A DNA stretch of 64,000 bases from Candidatus Kaiserbacteria bacterium (GTDB taxonomy: Bacteria > Patescibacteriota > Minisyncoccia > Phycocordibacterales > UBA918): positions 33,178-97,177 of the forward strand of contig JACQKD010000008.1 in assembly GCA_016204695.1 (NCBI GenBank). The letters run 5' to 3'. A model generated the notes under the pieces. That model had not been told where the DNA came from, did not search any database, and saw only the letters and a program-made list of their open reading frames with translations. Shown here piece after piece: positions 10,015 through 20,348 of this stretch (the stretch's first letter is position 1; every line of letters begins with the position of its first letter). Both the position numbers and the translations under genes were made by a program.

Positions 10015-12927
10015 ATGCTTCAACAAATTAAAAAAAGAAACGGGGATATCGTTCCGTTTGCGACGGAGAAGATCACTATCGCCATGAAAAAGGCTTTTGC
10101 GGCCGAGGGCGTGGCGGTAGATGATGCGGTGCTCGGGCAGATGACTGATCGAGTGACGGCAAAGCTTGATTCCATGATTGCGCCGGAGGTACTTCCGACT
10201 GTTGAGCATGTGCAAGATCTTGTCGAAGAGACGCTGATGGAGCGCGGGTATTTCCGCGTCGCAAAACACTATATTCTGTACCGGTTCGAGCACACCAAGG
10301 AGCGCAAGGAACAGGTCGCCAAAGAGATCAAAGAACACCGTCTGACGGTCGAAAAACGCGACGGTACGAGAGAACTGTTCTCGCCGGAGAAGGCGCGTGC
10401 GTCACTTGCCGCGTTTATCCGCGGTTACGAGCAGGACATCAATCTCGAAGAGATTGTCGGACAGATTGAGCTTGAAGTGTACGACGGGATTAAAACCGAC
10501 GAACTCGCGCGGCTGATAACGTCGGTACTGCGCTCGCGCATTGAGCGCGATCCGGCGTATTCGATCGTGGCGGCGCGCCAACTCTGTGCCCGTCTCTATA
10601 AGGAAGCGATAGGGAAAGACGCATTGTCGGAGCAGGAGTTTGCGGGGGCCTATCGCGAGGCGTTTGTGCGCAATATCAAAACCGCGGTCGCCGAGAAAAA
10701 GCTCGACGAGCGCCTACTCTCGTATGATCTTGAGAAAATGTCTGCGGCGCTTGTGCCGGAGCGCGACGATTTGCTTCGGTATCTCGGTATTGAGACGCTC
10801 AACGACCGCTATTTCATTCGCGACAAACAGAAACGCTCTCTTGAGACGCCGCAATATATGTGGATGCGCGTGGCCCTGGGTCTGGCGCTCAACGAAGCCG
10901 ACAAAGAGACCCGAGCGTTTGAATTCTACAATGTCATGTCGTCGCTCTCTTTCGTGCCGTCGACGCCGACTCTGTTCCATGCCGGCACACCGCATCCACA
11001 GCTTTCCTCCTGCTATCTCAATACGGTTGAAGACGATCTTAACCATATTTTCAAAGTATTCGGTGACAATGCCCAGCTCTCGAAATGGGCGGGCGGCGTC
11101 GGCACCGACTGGACCAATATCCGCGGCACGGGATCTCTCATTAAAAGCGCGGGTATCACGTCGCAGGGCGTGGTGCCGTTCTTAAAAATCGCCAATGACG
11201 TGACAGTCGCGATCAATCGCTCGGGTCGACGGCGCGGCGCGACCTGCGTCTACCTCGAAAATTGGCACTATGATTTTGAGGATTTCCTCGAGCTTCGCAA
11301 GAACACCGGCGACGAGCGCCGGCGAACGCACGATATGGATACCGCCTCATGGGTGTCGGACCTGTTTATGAAACGTGTGCGTGCGGACGGGGAGTGGACG
11401 CTGTTTTCGCCGGAAGAAGCGGAAGGTCTCCATGAGACGTACGGCAGGGAATTCGAAGCGCTCTATCGCAAGTACGAAGATATGGCGTCGCGAGGTGAGA
11501 TCAAACTGTTTAAAAAGACGAAGGCTCGTGACCTGTGGAAGAAGATGCTCGGCATGCTTTTCGAGACCGGGCATCCGTGGATCACCTGGAAGGATCCGTC
11601 GAACATCCGCTCGCCGCAGGATCACGTGGGTGTGGTGCACAACTCCAATCTGTGCACCGAGATTACGCTGAACACTTCCGCGGAGGAGACGGCCGTCTGC
11701 AATCTCGGCTCGATCAACTTCGCGCGGCACGTCACTGACGGCGCGTTTGACGAAACCAAGGTGAAGGCGACGGTGAAAACCGCCCTGCGCATGCTCGACA
11801 ATGTGATTGATCTCAATTTTTATCCGACCAAGGAAGCCGAGACGTCAAACATGCGCCATCGTCCCGTGGGGCTCGGTATCATGGGCTTTCACGACGCGCT
11901 CTATCAGCTCGGCATCAATTTCGCATCGCCCGCGGCCGTGGAATTTGCTGACAGTTCGACGGAAATCGTTTCGTATTACGCGATACTTTCCTCCTCCGAG
12001 CTCGCGGGCGAACGGGGCGCATATCGGAGCTTTAAAGGATCGAAATGGGACCGCGGGATACTTCCGGTCGATACGCTTAAACTCCTGGAGGAGGATCGCG
12101 GCATGCCGACCGGCATCGCCCGTACCGAGAGTCTCGACTGGTCGGTAGTGCGCGACTCGATCAGGCAATATGGCATGCGCAATTCGAACACCATGGCCAT
12201 CGCGCCGACCGCGACAATCGCGAACATCTCCGGGGTAGTGCCCGGCATTGAGCCGATCTATAAGAATATCTATGTGAAATCGAACATCTCCGGCGACTTC
12301 GTGATCATCAATCCATATCTCGTCATCGATCTCAAGGCGCGCGGGCTTTGGAACGAAGAGATGCTCAATACCATCAAATACAATGATGGCAGTATCCAAG
12401 ACATTCCGCAGATCGACCGAGATCTGAAAGAAAAATACCGCGAGACATTCGAAATCGACATGCGCTGGATCATTCGTGGCGCCGCCGCGCGCGGCAAATG
12501 GATCGATCAGTCGCAGTCGCTGAACATCTTTTTCAGCGGCACTTCGGGTGAAGAGCTTTCCGATCTCTATCTCTATGCGTGGGAGCTCGGCCTCAAGACC
12601 ACCTACTATCTCCGTTCGCTCGCCGCTTCGCAGGTCGAGAAGTCGACGGTGGGGGAGGCAGGCACGCATTTGCGTACGAGAGGCGACGGCTCCGTGGGAT
12701 CCTCCCAGCACATGGTCCAAAATGCCAGAGAAGACGGCGCGATCCCGTCTCCGATGTCGACGCTGTCTCCCATCACGAAAGAGGAGGTCGAGGCGGCAAA
12801 GGTCGCTGTAGCCGTCTCGACAAGCCAGATATCCGAGCAGATATATGAAGAGACACAGATCTCGGTACGCACGGGACAGTACCGATTGCATGTCGCGGAA
12901 GATGCGGTATGCGAGGCGTGTCAATAG
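10015..12927 (+). CDS. nrdA: Class I ribonucleotide reductase alpha subunit, two ATP cones
   Basis: IKKRNG and VEKRDG ATP cones, PSTPTL, QLSSC, SNLCTEI, VCNLGS, APTATI, KTTYYLRS, C-terminal CEACQ. Confidence 0.97.
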   Translation: MLQQIKKRNGDIVPFATEKITIAMKKAFAAEGVAVDDAVLGQMTDRVTAKLDSMIAPEVLPTVEHVQDLVEETLMERGYFRVAKHYILYRFEHTKERKEQVAKEIKEHRLTVEKRDGTRELFSPEKARASLAAFIRGYEQDINLEEIVGQIELEVYDGIKTDELARLITSVLRSRIERDPAYSIVAARQLCARLYKEAIGKDALSEQEFAGAYREAFVRNIKTAVAEKKLDERLLSYDLEKMSAALVPERDDLLRYLGIETLNDRYFIRDKQKRSLETPQYMWMRVALGLALNEADKETRAFEFYNVMSSLSFVPSTPTLFHAGTPHPQLSSCYLNTVEDDLNHIFKVFGDNAQLSKWAGGVGTDWTNIRGTGSLIKSAGITSQGVVPFLKIANDVTVAINRSGRRRGATCVYLENWHYDFEDFLELRKNTGDERRRTHDMDTASWVSDLFMKRVRADGEWTLFSPEEAEGLHETYGREFEALYRKYEDMASRGEIKLFKKTKARDLWKKMLGMLFETGHPWITWKDPSNIRSPQDHVGVVHNSNLCTEITLNTSAEETAVCNLGSINFARHVTDGAFDETKVKATVKTALRMLDNVIDLNFYPTKEAETSNMRHRPVGLGIMGFHDALYQLGINFASPAAVEFADSSTEIVSYYAILSSSELAGERGAYRSFKGSKWDRGILPVDTLKLLEEDRGMPTGIARTESLDWSVVRDSIRQYGMRNSNTMAIAPTATIANISGVVPGIEPIYKNIYVKSNISGDFVIINPYLVIDLKARGLWNEEMLNTIKYNDGSIQDIPQIDRDLKEKYRETFEIDMRWIIRGAAARGKWIDQSQSLNIFFSGTSGEELSDLYLYAWELGLKTTYYLRSLAASQVEKSTVGEAGTHLRTRGDGSVGSSQHMVQNAREDGAIPSPMSTLSPITKEEVEAAKVAVAVSTSQISEQIYEETQISVRTGQYRLHVAEDAVCEACQ

Positions 12928-12962
12928 TTGTAGGCAGAGTTACCAATTACTAAAGAGAAAGT

Positions 12963-13997
12963 ATGGCAATCCAGAAAGGAGCGGGGACAGTCGACATCAA
13001 CGCGCGTCGTGTCATCAACGGCAAGGATGCCGATGTGATCCAGCTCTATCCGATGAAGCACGAGTGGGCGTGGGAGTACTACAATGCGGCCAACGCCAAC
13101 CATTGGCTCCCCACTGAGATCTCCATGCAACTCGATATTGAGCAATGGAAATCGCCGACCGCGCTCACCGAACAAGAGCGCCATGCGTTTGAGACCGCGC
13201 TCGGCTTTTTTACGACCGCCGACTCGATCGCCGCCAATAATATCGTCATCGCGACCTATCGCCACATTACTTCGCCCGAGATCCGCATGTATCTTCTCCG
13301 GCAAGGCTACGAGGAAGCGATTCATACGCACGCGTACCAGTACATCGTCGAGTCTCTCGGCATGGATGAGGCCAAGATATTCAATATGTATCGCCAGAAC
13401 CAAGCGATCTACGATAAGGCCGACTTCATTCTGACCTTCAACGAAGGTATCTTCGACAAGTACTTCGAAACCGGCACGTTCGAGAACGATCAGAAGTTTC
13501 TCGAAAACATGTGCGTCTTCTCACTCATCCTTGAGGGTATCTTTTTCTATTCGTCGTTTGCGGTGATCTTTGGTTTCCAGCGCCAGCATAAGCTGACAGG
13601 AAGCGCCGAGCAGATCCAGTACATCATGCGCGACGAGTCCATGCACCTGAATTTCGGCATCAAGCTGATCAATACTATAAAGGAAGAAAATCCCGAGCTC
13701 TGGACGGCGGAGTTCCAATCGCGAATCGTCAATCTCGTTAAGAATGCCGCAAAGCTCGAATACGAGTATGCCGCCGAGGTGTTCCCCGAAGGCATCTTCG
13801 GGATGAATGCCGCGGGTTTCAAGCAATATATCGAGCATGTCGCCGACCGCCGGCTTGAGCGTGTCGGTCTGCCGATACAGTTTCATTCAGCAAACCCGTT
13901 CCCGTGGATGAGCGAGGCGGTTGATCTCTCAAAGGAGAAAAATTTCTTCGAAACGCGCGTCACCGAATACCGCACCGGCGGCGCACTGAAGTGGTAA
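12963..13997 (+). CDS. nrdB: Class Ia ribonucleotide reductase beta subunit
   Basis: FFTTADS, EEAIHTHAY, LEGIFFYSSF, RDESMH, NFFETRVTEY. Confidence 0.96.
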   Translation: MAIQKGAGTVDINARRVINGKDADVIQLYPMKHEWAWEYYNAANANHWLPTEISMQLDIEQWKSPTALTEQERHAFETALGFFTTADSIAANNIVIATYRHITSPEIRMYLLRQGYEEAIHTHAYQYIVESLGMDEAKIFNMYRQNQAIYDKADFILTFNEGIFDKYFETGTFENDQKFLENMCVFSLILEGIFFYSSFAVIFGFQRQHKLTGSAEQIQYIMRDESMHLNFGIKLINTIKEENPELWTAEFQSRIVNLVKNAAKLEYEYAAEVFPEGIFGMNAAGFKQYIEHVADRRLERVGLPIQFHSANPFPWMSEAVDLSKEKNFFETRVTEYRTGGALKW

Positions 13998-14093
13998 CGT
14001 AATCTAATCAATACCTTGGAAACGCCCCGCTAATAATCGGTCGGTTTTAATTTTGAGAGTCTTCTCAAACCTACGCCGTCCGCGGGCGGCCTT

Positions 14094-14145
14094 GAGGTGA
14101 ACATGGACCACCGGCCCTTGGTCCGTGTTCGCCTCGCTCTTTTTT
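14094..14145 (+). terminator. Hairpin plus U-tract downstream of nrdB
   Basis: GAGGTGAACATGGACC..GGTCCGTGTTCGCCTC then GCTCTTTTTT. Confidence 0.6.
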
Positions 14146-14462
14146 GCCACTGGCTATTTTTCATAAAACGAGTAGGATGATGTTCATGAGCAACTCACTA
14201 TCTCCCGGGGCGGGACCCGTCACGGGAGATAGTGTATACATGCTCTACTGTCCTGCGGGGGTCCATAGTGGGCCTCCGCGTTAAAAAAGTACATGATCTT
14301 CTTTTTTCTATAGATTCGGCATCCCATCTGCAGATGGGATGCCCGGGGCGGTGAGGGGAGGATGCGCGCACCAGCATCCAACTCTCCCGCCCTCTTCGTT
14401 TTTATCCTTCCGACATGTTACAAGGTATTGTATAGTATCTGCATTACCCATCATTACTTACC

Positions 14463-15023
14463 ATGACCCTACTTTATATTTTGCTTGCTGTTCTCGTGAT
14501 ACTCGTTTTGTATGCGATTTTTGTGTACAACCGCTTCGTGTCGCTGGGGAAGCGCTCGGAGGAAGCGTGGGCGGACATTGATGTCCAGCTCAAGCGCCGG
14601 TATGACTTGATTCCCAATCTCGTCGAGACGGTGAAGGGTTACGCGGCGCACGAGCAGAAGACGCTCGCCGAGGTGACCGAGATGCGCACGCGCGCGATGA
14701 ACGCGACCGCCCCGCACGAAAAAGCCGAGGCGGAAAATATGCTCTCGGGTGCCTTGAAAACGCTCTTTGCGGTTTCGGAAAATTATCCCGACCTCAAGGC
14801 AAATCAGAACTTCCTCGAACTCCAGCGCGAGCTCACCGATACGGAGGACAAGATTCAGGCCGCTCGCCGTTTCTACAACGGCAACGTCCGCGACCTCGGC
14901 ATCGCGCTCCAGACGTTTCCATCGAATATCATCGCGGGCATGTTCGGCTTTTCGGGACGTGAATATTTCGAGCTTGGGGAAGGGGAGGGCGCCGCTCGCG
15001 AGCCGGTGAAAGTGTCGTTCTAA
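14463..15023 (+). CDS. lemA: LemA family protein
   Basis: N-terminal TM, AWADIDVQLKRRYDLIPNLV, ENYPDLKANQNF, ARRFYN. Confidence 0.95.
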   Translation: MTLLYILLAVLVILVLYAIFVYNRFVSLGKRSEEAWADIDVQLKRRYDLIPNLVETVKGYAAHEQKTLAEVTEMRTRAMNATAPHEKAEAENMLSGALKTLFAVSENYPDLKANQNFLELQRELTDTEDKIQAARRFYNGNVRDLGIALQTFPSNIIAGMFGFSGREYFELGEGEGAAREPVKVSF

Positions 15024-15049
15024 TCGTTCCGGCTGTTCTCTCATTTATC

Positions 15050-16756
15050 ATGCGCATACGGGGTGCATTGCTGTTGTGTTTGCCGGTGCTATGCGCCGTT
15101 TCCTTTTTTGTTCTGCCCGCGCTCGCATCCGCCGAGGAGATTGCTTCGTTCACCTCCATCCTCTCGCTGACCAAAGACAGCAGTATCACCGTTACCGAAG
15201 AGATCGTCTACGACTTCGGCGAGGAGGAGCGGCACGGCATCTTCCGCGACATTTCGCGGGAGCATCCCGAGATGGCATCTTCTTGGTATAAAGAGCGGTA
15301 TCTCGATATCGAAGTGATTTCCGCATGGATGGATGATGCCGAAGTGCCGTATGAGACCGATATCTCAAACGGGAACGTGCACATACAAATCGGCGATGCG
15401 GACAAGACGGTAACGGGTAAACATACCTATGCGCTCTCGTATCTCGTGCGCGGCGGGCTCACCTACACCCCGGAGACGGAGGTGTATTGGAATGCCACGG
15501 GAGACGAGTGGAAGGTCCCCATCAAAGCCGCGCGCGTGGTACTCACCGCGCCGAAGGGCACGCTCGGCGCCCTGCATTCGTGCTATGTGGGAGAGGACGG
15601 CAGTACGGAATCCTGCACCATACAAGGTCTCGGCGAGACCGTCACCTTCGAGAGCAGAGCGCTTTCGCCCGGCGAAGGATTGACGATTGCGCACGAGGTC
15701 GAGCCCGGCACGGTCGAGACGGTCGCGCTTGAACGCATTGCGTGGTTTTGGTTTTTTGCCGTTGCTGTCATTATGCTCGTGATCGCATTGTGTGTTGTCG
15801 TGTATCGGACGCACACGAAGCACAAGATCGACCGGCCGGTCGTCGCGCAGTACGAGCCATACGCGGGCGTCGAGCCGATGTACGCGGGCTTGCTCATCGA
15901 CAACCGTCTCGACCCGAAAGACATCACCGCCGCAGTTATATTTCTTGCGGAGCAGGGGTATCTCAAAATCACGAAGATAGACAAAAAATTTCTCTTTTTC
16001 GACATGAGCGATTATCGCGTCGAGCTTCTGCGGCGGCCGGGGCCGAATGTTGGCGCATTTCTGCCGCAGGCGCTCGCACTGCTCTTCGGAGCGGAAGCGG
16101 GGTCGGGCGCCTCCGTCACACTTTCCGAGATTCGCAAGAGCTTCTCGCGGCGCGTGCGCAATCACTCCATTCTCGAAGCGCTCCGGAGCGCATTGCGCGA
16201 AGACATGCGCGCGAAAGGATTTCTCGAAGAAACGCTCCAAGGATTTCCGAGCGCCCGGGTCTCGTGGATATCATGGACGGTGATTGTCGTCGGCGCCGGA
16301 TTGGTCTTTGTCGGTATCGGGTATGCGGCAATCTTTGTCATCATAGCCATTGCGGTGGTGACGCTCGGGATTGCGCACTGGATGCGCCGCACGCGCAAAG
16401 GGTACGAAGCGCAAAATCATCTCAAAGGATTCAAAGAATTCCTCTCCGTCACCGGCAAAGACCGCTTCACGTTTCATAACGCGCCGTCGAAGCGTCCCGA
16501 GCAGTTTCTCGAGTTTCTGCCGTATGCGATCGCGTTCGGCGTTGAGAAAGAATGGGCGACGGTATTTGCGGATGTCACCATTCCCAATCCCGCGTGGTAC
16601 GACGGCGGCGCGCACGGCGCGTTTTCGGCGGTTGCGTTTTCAAGCGATATGAGTGCGTTCTCTTCGTCGCTCGGAAGCGCATCCGGCGTCTCTGCGTCTT
16701 CCGGCGGCGGCTCATCCGGCGGAGGTGCCGGAGGCGGAGGCGGCGGGAGCTGGTGA
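15050..16756 (+). CDS. DUF2207 family membrane protein
   Basis: Signal peptide, RHGIFR, YWNATGDEW, LPYAIAFGV, Gly-rich GGGGGGSW end; follows lemA. Confidence 0.88.
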   Translation: MRIRGALLLCLPVLCAVSFFVLPALASAEEIASFTSILSLTKDSSITVTEEIVYDFGEEERHGIFRDISREHPEMASSWYKERYLDIEVISAWMDDAEVPYETDISNGNVHIQIGDADKTVTGKHTYALSYLVRGGLTYTPETEVYWNATGDEWKVPIKAARVVLTAPKGTLGALHSCYVGEDGSTESCTIQGLGETVTFESRALSPGEGLTIAHEVEPGTVETVALERIAWFWFFAVAVIMLVIALCVVVYRTHTKHKIDRPVVAQYEPYAGVEPMYAGLLIDNRLDPKDITAAVIFLAEQGYLKITKIDKKFLFFDMSDYRVELLRRPGPNVGAFLPQALALLFGAEAGSGASVTLSEIRKSFSRRVRNHSILEALRSALREDMRAKGFLEETLQGFPSARVSWISWTVIVVGAGLVFVGIGYAAIFVIIAIAVVTLGIAHWMRRTRKGYEAQNHLKGFKEFLSVTGKDRFTFHNAPSKRPEQFLEFLPYAIAFGVEKEWATVFADVTIPNPAWYDGGAHGAFSAVAFSSDMSAFSSSLGSASGVSASSGGGSSGGGAGGGGGGSW

Positions 16757-16849
16757 GAAGCGAATACTTGGAGCTTCGCAAGACCTTGCGTGCCTGTTTT
16801 GGGAGCGAAGCGAACCAAAAGAGCCGCAAGGTGTACAGCGCCTGTAAGG
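16753..16849 (-). repeat. Family A palindromic repeat
   Basis: Reverse complement CCTTACAGGCGCTGTACACCTTGCGGCTCTTTT..TTCGCTTCGCTC..GCAAGG..GCTCCAAGTATTCGCTTC matches 1159-1250; overlaps the DUF2207 stop. Confidence 0.8.
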
Positions 16850-16894
16850 CGATTTTCACTCGGCGGATTGTTCCGAAGGGGGTAAAATAGAAAG

Positions 16895-17827
16895 ATGGCG
16901 ACACTCTATACCCACAAGGATGCCAACATTCGCAAGACGTGGCTTCTGATGGCGCTCTTTCTTGCGGTGATTATCGCGGTCGGGTGGTTTATTTCGCTCT
17001 ACCTAGGCGACCCGGCCATTCTCTATGTTGCGATTGTATTCGCGCTCGTCATGAATGTCGGCGCGTACTGGTTTTCCGACAAAATCGTGATTCAGATGAC
17101 CGGCGCGCGGCCCGTGACGAAGGCGCAAGCGCCGGAGTTGTACCGCATCGTCGAAAATCTCTCCATCACCGCCGGTCTGCCTCTGCCGAAGGTGTACGTC
17201 GTGGATGACCCTGCGCCGAACGCGTTTGCGACCGGCCGCAATCCCGAGCATGCCGCCGTCGCGGTGACGACGGGGCTTCTGCAAATACTTGAGAAAACAG
17301 AGCTTGAAGGCGTGCTCGCGCACGAGCTCTCGCACATCGGCAACCGCGACATGCTTGTCTCCACGGTCGCCGTGGTGCTCGCGGGATTTGTTGCCATCGT
17401 CGCGGACATATTCATGCGGACGAGTCTCTTCGGCGGCGGAAGAGACAACGATAACCGCATACATCCGATCGTGCTCGTGCTCGGCATCGTCGGCATCATT
17501 CTCGCCCCGCTTGCCGCACAGCTTCTGCGGCTTGCCGTCTCGCGCAAACGCGAGTATCTTGCAGATGCTTCGGGTGCGCTCCTGACGCGCTATCCCGAAG
17601 GCCTTGCTTCCGCGCTTGAAAAGATATCGTCGTACGCGCGGCCCCTGCAGAGAGCCAATCACGCCACCGCGCACCTCTTTATCTCCGACCCGTTCGGCGC
17701 CGGCGAGCGCAAGAGCGTGTGGAACAAAATAAGCAATCTCTTCGCGACACATCCGCCCATCCCCGACCGCGTCCGCGCGTTGCGCGGTTCGGATGCGCAG
17801 CAGCCGGGCGGGGGCGCAAATATATAG
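16895..17827 (+). CDS. htpX: M48 zinc metalloprotease HtpX
   Basis: PNAFATGRNP, AHELSH, SRKREYLAD, THPP. Confidence 0.95.
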   Translation: MATLYTHKDANIRKTWLLMALFLAVIIAVGWFISLYLGDPAILYVAIVFALVMNVGAYWFSDKIVIQMTGARPVTKAQAPELYRIVENLSITAGLPLPKVYVVDDPAPNAFATGRNPEHAAVAVTTGLLQILEKTELEGVLAHELSHIGNRDMLVSTVAVVLAGFVAIVADIFMRTSLFGGGRDNDNRIHPIVLVLGIVGIILAPLAAQLLRLAVSRKREYLADASGALLTRYPEGLASALEKISSYARPLQRANHATAHLFISDPFGAGERKSVWNKISNLFATHPPIPDRVRALRGSDAQQPGGGANI

Positions 17828-17840
17828 AAAATAAACACAC

Positions 17841-17927
17841 GGAGGGTTCGCATAGCGGTCGAGTGCGCGACCTTGGAAAGGTCGTATGGGGGAAACCCCA
17901 TCGAGGGTTCGAATCCCTCACCCTCCG
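17841..17927 (+). tRNA. tRNA-Ser (GGA)
   Basis: GGAGGGT/ACCCTCC acceptor, CGACC-TTGGAAA-GGTCG anticodon arm, long variable arm, GGTTCGAATCC. Confidence 0.95.
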
Positions 17928-17929
17928 CA

Positions 17930-18251
17930 ACAGCAATTTCTGAACGCTTCTGCGTTCTGAAATTGCTGTCCGGCATGGGATGGTCGGGATTCGAAAAGCG
18001 GAAGAAAACAGTCTGGGAGACTGTTTTCTGAGCTGGGGTCGCGAGTCGTTATGAGCGGAGCGAATTACGAACTCGTGACCGAATCCCTCACCCTCCGCAA
18101 AACAAGGAGACAAAGGCGTAGCATTTGGCGACTATGTTTTTGCGAGAGGGTGAGGGATTTGAAGGACGGACTGGAGCGAAGCGGAAGGAGTCGGGGTCGC
18201 GGAATTTTTCTGAGGATACGAAGAAAAATATCCGTGACCGAATCCCTCACC
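17930..18251. repeat. tRNA-3'-end-derived direct and inverted repeats
   Basis: GAATCCCTCACC recurs at 18081 and 18240; inverted GAGGGTGAGGGATT at about 18146-18159. Confidence 0.7.
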
Positions 18252-18347
18252 GGCGGCGCGCTGAAGTGATAATCTTTAATATCTGTCGGACGGAATCTGG
18301 CGTGGTATGCTGTCTATAATTAGCAGTATATTCACTTGTGATTCCTC

Positions 18348-19247
18348 ATGATTACTTCGTTGCTCCAGACAGCGTTGACGCTCTTGCTTTTGGTACAGAG
18401 TAACCAACATATTGATCGTTCGCTTCGCGAGCAAGCGATTATAGTTTCCACACAGGCTATCGATGCCGCAGTGCGTCAAGGGGGAGGTGTTGTTTCAACT
18501 TCCTACCAATCTCTCGTGGACGAGGCGCGTCAGAAAGCCCGGGATGCGCGCAGAATTTCAGAGATTCACCAGCTCAGAGTGGCTCTCGAACTCTATTACG
18601 ACGTCCATGGTGGCTACCCCCATCTCCTCTCGGAATTGGACGGCTATATTTCAGTGGTACCGACGGATCCGCTTACTGGCGTCTCGTACGCATATGTCAC
18701 TCTTCCCAAGGGTTGTACCTCGCGGTGTACCGGATACCACATAGGGGCTTTGCTGGAGACGAACCATCGTGTTCTTATGTCCGATGCGGATCGTGATTCG
18801 ACTCCAGGGAAGGGCGGTTTTAATGGTGTCGACTCGAAAGGATGTAACGGGAAGCGTGGGTACTGTTTTGACATATACTCCGAACCGAGCGCTACGCTGA
18901 CCGTGCTGTCTCCTGGTGAGGGAGATTATTCGGACTCTCTCCCGCTCGATATTTCGTGGACATCATATGAAGGAGGCGATTTTGACTATTACTATGTCAT
19001 GCTCGGGAATACACTCTCCGGTAGCGAGGTAACATTGACTCCGGATACCCGTGTTTCCCAAAAGGTGACTTCTCTGCGGGTCGACGACATTGCCGGGACT
19101 GTCAGAGAAATGATTGCCAATAGTGGCGGCTTAACGGCCGATGAAATGGAGGACGCGTACTACGTTGCCGTTCTCGCAGTCAGTGATGACCGCGTGGGGG
19201 GCTCGACTGTTGCTCGCGCGGCGAGCGCCCAGTTTTCAATTCGATAA
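18348..19247 (+). CDS. Pilin/GspG-like domain protein with atypical N-terminus
   Basis: ARQKARDARRISEIHQLRVALELYY..YP..VPTDP pilin head; beta-rich C-terminal domain. Confidence 0.65.
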   Translation: MITSLLQTALTLLLLVQSNQHIDRSLREQAIIVSTQAIDAAVRQGGGVVSTSYQSLVDEARQKARDARRISEIHQLRVALELYYDVHGGYPHLLSELDGYISVVPTDPLTGVSYAYVTLPKGCTSRCTGYHIGALLETNHRVLMSDADRDSTPGKGGFNGVDSKGCNGKRGYCFDIYSEPSATLTVLSPGEGDYSDSLPLDISWTSYEGGDFDYYYVMLGNTLSGSEVTLTPDTRVSQKVTSLRVDDIAGTVREMIANSGGLTADEMEDAYYVAVLAVSDDRVGGSTVARAASAQFSIR

Positions 19248-19304
19248 GAGCTGCGTAGTCGCGTTTGTGTAGCTCAAAAGAGTTCTTTTTTGTATAGTGT
19301 TTCT

Positions 19305-20204
19305 ATGGTTCAAAAGGCGCAAAATATTTTTTCCGCAGTACTTCTGCTCGTGCTTCTTGGGGGAGCCGGGTACTGGTATCAACAGAAGACGGCGACCTGT
19401 CCGGTACCGCTTGCGTATGCGATCGGCTCGATTGACGAGCGGTTTGATCTCCCCGAAACGGAAGCGCGCGCCGCGGTGGAAGAGGCCGAGACCGTGTGGG
19501 AGGACGCTGTGGGCAAAGATCTTTTTATCTACGATCCCGACGCTACGGTGAGGGTCAATTTTGTCTTTGATGAGCGTCAGCAACTTACCCTCGAAGAACA
19601 CCGACTTCGGGAGATTCTCGATCGCAAGGAAGATATCAGCAGTACGATCCGCGAGGAGTACGAACGGATACTGTCCGAGTACGAGACTCTCGCGCATACA
19701 TACGACACGCGCCTTGCCGCATATGAGCGAGAGCTTGCGGCGCACAACGCCGAAGTTGCAAAATGGAACGATCAGGGCGGCGCGCCGAACGAGGTATACG
19801 AGCGCCTCGGCGCGGAGGAGCGCACGCTTGATACCGAAAGCGGGGCGCTCCGCCAGCTGGCCGACAAACTCGATCGTCTCGTGAGTCGGATGAATGCCCT
19901 CGGGGAGCGAGGCAACGAGACGATCGAAGACTATAACGAGAATGTTGCGCAGTATAATGATCGCTTCCATGGCGAGCGCGAGTTTACGCAGGGCGACTTT
20001 CGAGCGGGAGCCATCACTATCTACCAGTTTAAGGACCGCGATGAGTTGCGCATGGTGCTCACCCATGAGCTTGGGCACGCGCTGTCTCTCGACCACGTGG
20101 ACGATCCGGATGCAATAATGTACTACCTCATGAGCGGCCAGTCGGCGAACCTCGCTCTTACCCCCGCCGACCTTGCCGAATTCAAGCGGGTGTGTGAAGG
20201 ATGA
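19305..20204 (+). CDS. Matrixin-like (metzincin) metalloprotease with coiled coil
   Basis: HELGHALSLDH zinc motif, AIMY Met-turn, N-terminal anchor. Confidence 0.85.
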   Translation: MVQKAQNIFSAVLLLVLLGGAGYWYQQKTATCPVPLAYAIGSIDERFDLPETEARAAVEEAETVWEDAVGKDLFIYDPDATVRVNFVFDERQQLTLEEHRLREILDRKEDISSTIREEYERILSEYETLAHTYDTRLAAYERELAAHNAEVAKWNDQGGAPNEVYERLGAEERTLDTESGALRQLADKLDRLVSRMNALGERGNETIEDYNENVAQYNDRFHGEREFTQGDFRAGAITIYQFKDRDELRMVLTHELGHALSLDHVDDPDAIMYYLMSGQSANLALTPADLAEFKRVCEG

Positions 20205-20348
20205 TCCGTGCGAGTGGTATATGGGATGATTTCGCGGTTGGCGGACTCGGTACAAGCTGGCGACGCAGGATTGATATGGTACGATATAGTATGAAGGACA
20301 TACGTAGTTAGCCGGCTTTTCTTGTTTACAACATAAAAACATATAAGC

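Noticed and set aside
12963-13997. NrdB as Chlamydia-type class Ic (Mn/Fe) R2
   Set aside because: Overall similar, but it keeps Asp (TADS) and the radical Tyr (HTHAY) where class Ic has Glu and Phe.
17909-18100. Prophage or island att site at tRNA-Ser
   Set aside because: Direct repeats are only about 170 bp apart and no integrase or phage genes are present.
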